A DNA stretch of 64,000 nucleotides from Nitrospirota bacterium (GTDB lineage: Bacteria > Nitrospirota > UBA9217). The notes below the pieces were generated by a model. The model saw nothing but the letters and a program-made list of their open reading frames with translations, was not told where the DNA came from and ran no database searches. Position numbers and translations under genes: made by a program. This document shows positions 59,772 to 64,000 of this stretch, one piece after another; within the stretch, counting starts at the first letter, position 1, and each line of letters starts with the position of its first letter. The stretch is from contig CAVVOB010000013.1 in the NCBI GenBank assembly GCA_963749655.1, positions 96,001-160,000 of the forward strand, in the 5' to 3' direction.

Positions 59772-61854
59772 GGCCCAGGACCATCAGCAGCACCAGCGAA
59801 GACGCTTTCAGCGCAATCAGCGACAGGATCGCATTCCCGACTCCGAGAAGGGGCACGAAGAGTATGGATGCGGAGAGGGCTCCGAGAACGGCGCCTCCCA
59901 GGTCCACGGCATAGAGCCGCCCCGCATGCTCTCCCGGCTTCGCGCCTCCGATCAACCGGCTTATGAGCGCGAACTGCATCCCGGCCATGGCGCCGCAGAG
60001 GAGGACCATGACGTAATAGAACAGCTCGAGGGTGAAGAAAAGCGGCGCCACAAGAAGCAGCAGCAGTGAGGCCACGTCCAACGCCTGGACCCACGACTGC
60101 GATCGTTTCAGGAACCGGGCCCCGGAAGCGCCGGCCGCCGTGCCTGCCATGAAGAGGGCAGAGAGGATGCCGATCCGTTCGTAGACATAGCCGAACGACG
60201 CCTGATACATAAGCAGGACAGCCACGTTGAACGCCATGGCGAAGTAGCCGGTGGTGAAAAGGCTGTAATAGAACGTACGCTGTTTTCTCCAGAACAGGAC
60301 AACAGCCGTCAGGAGCAGTGCGGCAAAGGCCGTCAAGACGGGAACTTCGCCTGCGCCGACGATGCTGTTCAGGAACGCGCCGCCGTGCGTCTCCGTCCAG
60401 AGCATGAGGTTGTACAGGTAGGCGACCGGCCTGCGGTCCCTGTTGAGCGTGTCGACCGCGCCGAGCCGTGCAGCGACCATGTCCGTTTTCATCGGGTCGA
60501 AGATGTCCTTGAAGATAAGGGGGTAGAAGTATTCGGTCTGCACGCCCCGTGCGGAAAATCGCATCGCAAGCTCGTCAGGGTCCGCCTTCAGGGGCCTGTC
60601 CGAAGCGTACATGCCTCCGTATTCCTCGGAAGAGAGCGCCACGGTCGGGAAGACCGCCTTCAGCGAGCGGTAAATGGACCCGTTGGCGGCCTGCAGACGC
60701 CGTCCGATGTAGCCGTGGGACGCGGGCAGGGTCAGGGCGAGGACGCCGCCGGGGTTCAGGATCGCGCGGGCCTCGCGGAAAAATTCCACGGTATAGAACC
60801 TGTTGAGATTGGCGGTCGAAGGCTCGGGCAGGTTCAGGATCACGATATCGTACCGTGCTTTTGCAGCCGACCTGACAAAGGACCGCGCGTCCTGCACATT
60901 GACCTTCAGCCGTTTGTCGCCCAGCCGTTCCCGGTCCTCGCGGGTCAGGATGCTGAAGCAGAGGTCGATCATTTTGGGGTCGATCTCGACGAAGTCGACC
61001 TCCACCGCCGGATACTTCAGCAGCTCCCGCGCAACGGCCGCGGACCCGCCGATCAGCAGCACCCGGCCGGGCGACTCATGGAGCGACATCGGCACGTGGG
61101 CCCGCAGTTCCTCGGTCTGCTCATCGGGATAGGAGAACGCGAACCTGCCTGAGGTGAAAAGATTGAGCTGGTCGTCGGAATCGTAGAGCGCGAGCTCTCC
61201 ATACTTCGATTCCACGCGCTGAACCAGATCGAGGTCCTGTTCGGGCGCGTTCTCGACGATCGTCGTGGCCGCAACATGAAAAAGCAGGGGGATGACCAGG
61301 AACAGGAACCTCCGTTTTTTCTTCAGCAGCACGATCGTGAGCAGGATGTTCACGAAGCTGACTGCGGCGACAAGAGCGAAGGCATTGACGTTTCCGGCGA
61401 ACAGCACGGTAAAGAACAGGCCTCCGAGAAAAGAGCCCGCTGCCTCCAGGCCGTAGGTCCTGGCGGTGTCGCCTTTCAGGAAAGCCACGGCCAGCGGAAA
61501 CTGGGTGCCGATCATGAAGCAGACAGGGGCGAGGGCAAGAACAGTGGAGAGCACCGTGGTAGTCAGGGGGACCGTTTCGCCTGCTACCAGGCCGAAGACC
61601 GGGTGAATGAGGCTGATGAACAAGACGGAGGTTTGGGCCAGGAGAGCAACGCCGAAGAAGGAATACTCAAAAGCGTTTCTGTACCGGAACCTCCGGCCGA
61701 AGATGCTGCCGAGTCCGACGGCAAGGAGCCAGACCGCAAGGGTGATGCCGATGTCGAGCTCGTTCCCGGAGAAGACGGTCAAAAGCTGGCGCAAGGCGAT
61801 GATCTGCACCAGGATCGAGGTGAACCCCATTCCGAGAACAGCAAGGATGTTCAT
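59758..61854 (-). CDS. Polytopic membrane protein fused to a spermidine-synthase-like SAM-binding domain
   Basis: N- and C-terminal TM bundles (YGLEAAGS, LYAVDLGGA); central VLLIGG, VEIDP, DAR, YDIVILNLPEP, FYTVEFF. Confidence 0.88.
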   Translation of the reverse strand: MNILAVLGMGFTSILVQIIALRQLLTVFSGNELDIGITLAVWLLAVGLGSIFGRRFRYRNAFEYSFFGVALLAQTSVLFISLIHPVFGLVAGETVPLTTTVLSTVLALAPVCFMIGTQFPLAVAFLKGDTARTYGLEAAGSFLGGLFFTVLFAGNVNAFALVAAVSFVNILLTIVLLKKKRRFLFLVIPLLFHVAATTIVENAPEQDLDLVQRVESKYGELALYDSDDQLNLFTSGRFAFSYPDEQTEELRAHVPMSLHESPGRVLLIGGSAAVARELLKYPAVEVDFVEIDPKMIDLCFSILTREDRERLGDKRLKVNVQDARSFVRSAAKARYDIVILNLPEPSTANLNRFYTVEFFREARAILNPGGVLALTLPASHGYIGRRLQAANGSIYRSLKAVFPTVALSSEEYGGMYASDRPLKADPDELAMRFSARGVQTEYFYPLIFKDIFDPMKTDMVAARLGAVDTLNRDRRPVAYLYNLMLWTETHGGAFLNSIVGAGEVPVLTAFAALLLTAVVLFWRKQRTFYYSLFTTGYFAMAFNVAVLLMYQASFGYVYERIGILSALFMAGTAAGASGARFLKRSQSWVQALDVASLLLLLVAPLFFTLELFYYVMVLLCGAMAGMQFALISRLIGGAKPGEHAGRLYAVDLGGAVLGALSASILFVPLLGVGNAILSLIALKASSLVLLMVLGHEKN

Positions 61855-61921
61855 GGCCGGTAAGACCCTCCGAGAAACACCTTCTCATTATGCTGTGCGC
61901 GGAACCCCCTGTCAAGGGACT

Positions 61922-62016
61922 TGAGAGGGCAGAGGGCAGGGGGCAGGAGTGAGGAGTGAGGAGTCAGGAGTAAGGAGACAGCGCAAACCCGAAACCCGAG
62001 ACGAGAAACCCGAAAC
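61922..62016. repeat. Composite heptamer arrays
   Basis: (GAGGGCA)x3-like, (GGAGTGA/GGAGTCA)x4-like, then (AAACCCG)-like x4. Confidence 0.7.
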
Positions 62017-62081
62017 TCTGTTTTTTGATTTATCTTGCAAAAGTTTCGGAGGTTCGATACTATGGCCGAAGGGAGACCTTC

Positions 62082-62948
62082 ATGCAGATCGACAAACATG
62101 TTCACGCTTTAAAAATTCCATTTACGATCACGACGCCCCGTGGTTTCCTGGACCGGTTCGTGTACGTCTATCTCATCTACGGCACGAACGGCGTACATCT
62201 CATCGACACGGGCGTGGCTTCTTCGGAGCAGACGATCTTCAATTATCTCAGGGCCACGGACCGCAAGGTGAGCGACATATCGCTGATCATCCAGACCCAC
62301 GCCCACCCCGACCATATCGGCGCTTCACGAACCATCAAGGGCGAGACGGGGTGCGCGGTCGCGGTCCATCCCGCGGAGAGGGCCTGGATCGAGAACGTGC
62401 AGCTCCAAGCCAAAGAGCGGCCGGTGCCGGGCTTCGATACTCTTGTGGCCGGGTCGCTCGTCGTGAACAGACTGCTGGAGGACGGCGAGGTCTTTGATCT
62501 CGGCTGCGGTCTGAAACTGCAGGTGTTCCATACGCCGGGCCACTCGAAAGGATCGATCTCCATACTGCTGCTCGGATACATGTCCCTTTTTTCCGGAGAC
62601 GCTGTACCGGTTCCCGGAGAAATGCCGATCTACGAGGATGTAGCTGTGTCGGTCGCTTCGATCAAGAAGCTGCAGGCAGTGAAGGACCTGCGCTACCTGC
62701 TTTCCTCCTGGGACGACCCGCGCAAGGGAGACGAGGCTTACGAGCGCATGGATGAAGGGCTTGCCTACATTCAGCGTGTGCACGACGCGGTCAGAAAGTG
62801 TTCTGCCGGCGACGCGAAATCGGACCTCCCAAAACTCACGCCCTTGGTGCTGACGGAATTGGGGCTCCCTCCGGAACTCGCAAATCCTCTCGTAGCGCGG
62901 ACCTTCGCCGCCCATCTCGAGGTGCGGGACCGAAAAGATATAATCTAA
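62082..62948 (+). CDS. MBL-fold metallo-hydrolase
   Basis: LIDTG, THAHPDHIG, HTPGHSKG, FSGDA; promoter TTGCAA-17 nt-TACTAT upstream. Confidence 0.88.
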   Translation: MQIDKHVHALKIPFTITTPRGFLDRFVYVYLIYGTNGVHLIDTGVASSEQTIFNYLRATDRKVSDISLIIQTHAHPDHIGASRTIKGETGCAVAVHPAERAWIENVQLQAKERPVPGFDTLVAGSLVVNRLLEDGEVFDLGCGLKLQVFHTPGHSKGSISILLLGYMSLFSGDAVPVPGEMPIYEDVAVSVASIKKLQAVKDLRYLLSSWDDPRKGDEAYERMDEGLAYIQRVHDAVRKCSAGDAKSDLPKLTPLVLTELGLPPELANPLVARTFAAHLEVRDRKDII

Positions 62949-63127
62949 GAACAGTCTTCTCATCCCCATTAATCATGCAGCCCCATCTCTCCCGGGTCGG
63001 ATCGTGATGCCTGCATTGATAACGGCGGACCAGGGTACGCTCAGGAATCCATCAATTTCTATTTACAAGCCGGTCAGTGCCCTGTTATACTCGTAGAAAC
63101 ATGACCACGTCAAGGAGAGCGGCGCGA

Positions 63128-63622
63128 ATGTATTATGAAAATGTGTTCAGTTCGCTCCAGAAGAATAGAATTCGATACGCCGTCGCCGGCGGCGTCGCTC
63201 TTGTGCTTCATGGGGTGGTCAGGTTCACGGCTGACCTTGATCTGATCGTGGACCTTCAGCCGGACAATCTCAGACGGTTTGTCCACGCTCTGACGGAACT
63301 GGGTTTTCTGCCGAGAAATCCGGTGAAAGCGGAGCTAATTCTTGACCCCGCGATCCGGGATGGATGGAAGCGGGAAAAGGGGATGGAGGTTTTTTCATTC
63401 GTTGATCCGAAACAACCGATGTCCCTCATCGATGTGTTTATCGAGGAAAAGATCCCCTTTCAAGAGGTCATGCAGGAGCTCGTACAAATGGAAGCAAAGG
63501 GAATTTCGATCCCGGTTGTTTCTCTTCGGCATTTGAAGAGGCTCAAGCAAGCTGCGGGCAGGCCGCAGGACCTTGCGGATATAGAGGCGATCGAGGCAAT
63601 GGAAAAACCGGTGGAGGAGTGA
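63128..63622 (+). CDS. Nucleotidyltransferase-family protein (possible TA component)
   Basis: YAVAGGVALVLHG..RFT.DLD, L..LK..AGRPQD.ADI. Confidence 0.82.
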   Translation: MYYENVFSSLQKNRIRYAVAGGVALVLHGVVRFTADLDLIVDLQPDNLRRFVHALTELGFLPRNPVKAELILDPAIRDGWKREKGMEVFSFVDPKQPMSLIDVFIEEKIPFQEVMQELVQMEAKGISIPVVSLRHLKRLKQAAGRPQDLADIEAIEAMEKPVEE

Positions 63623-63801
63623 TGGATAAGCGACTGAAGAAAAGCTCCTTTGTGTTTCGTCCATCGCCGGAGTCATTGAAGCAGTTCAAGGATGCCCCCC
63701 CTGAAGCGAAGCTGAATTGGCTTGAAGAGGCAAATCTGTTCGTGTACGATTTTGTGCCGCCGGATAAATTGAAGCGATGGAAAAGGATTACGGGACGGTG
63801 A
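63622..63801 (+). CDS. Small hypothetical protein coupled to the NTase
   Basis: TGATG stop/start overlap, GGAGGAG RBS; P.EAKLNWLEEAN. Confidence 0.65.
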   Translation: MDKRLKKSSFVFRPSPESLKQFKDAPPEAKLNWLEEANLFVYDFVPPDKLKRWKRITGR

Positions 63802-64000
63802 AGACCGGAAATTCAGCGGGCACGTTCATCCCTGGAGAGGTTGCGGTTTGACTTCGGGAAAAAACGGGTTTCTCCGAATCGTAGCGAATAAACAACGACG
63901 CAACGGATTCCACTCTTATCATCCCCTATTTCCCCCGAAGAAGTAATTGCATCCCCAGCGGTATAATCAAGCATGAAGAAAAAAGTGAACGAGCCGCCAG

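Noticed and set aside
63973-64000. Start of a gene at the window end (ATGAAGAAAAAAGTG after TATAAT)
   Set aside because: Only nine codons are visible, so no call can be supported.

Overview
A GC-rich bacterial chromosome segment. Gene content suggests an anaerobic Nitrospirota/Desulfobacterota-like organism (inference only). About 1-38 kb is mostly housekeeping: nfeD, rsmD-coaD, an RNB nuclease, a DinG-family helicase, amidase-GerMN-murI, folC-lptD-cutA, der, leuS-lptE-holA, rpsT, murJ, guaB, an SNF2 helicase and RluA. It also holds three paralogous REC-PilZ proteins and a GGDEF protein. About 38-47 kb is accessory: a YHS remnant, a DUF1566 protein, a MITE, a truncated IS4, an AT-rich block of envelope proteins with an attC-like site, and a caspase-domain lipoprotein. 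About 47-64 kb holds recQ, DUF523, a ubiE + hypothetical + B12/radical-SAM (TIGR04190-like) cluster, a CbcL-like nonaheme cytochrome c/cytochrome b pair, and an expanded AmmeMemoRadiSam cluster. That last cluster is the best candidate for an undescribed system. Its AmrB-AmrA fusion has a signal peptide, and its radical SAM enzyme appears to lack the usual N-terminal leader. Two tiny membrane-peptide ORFs end in a leader-like aromatic motif, and one of them is an unlisted 45-aa twin-arginine peptide. A NosR-like FMN/Fe-S membrane protein and a membrane SAM-binding protein lie upstream. Together these suggest an extracytoplasmic radical-SAM machine. Intergenic spaces carry many short-period inverted-repeat elements, REPs and MITEs. 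folC, der and leuS carry single-base frameshifts that look like assembly errors. No rRNA, tRNA or CRISPR array was seen.
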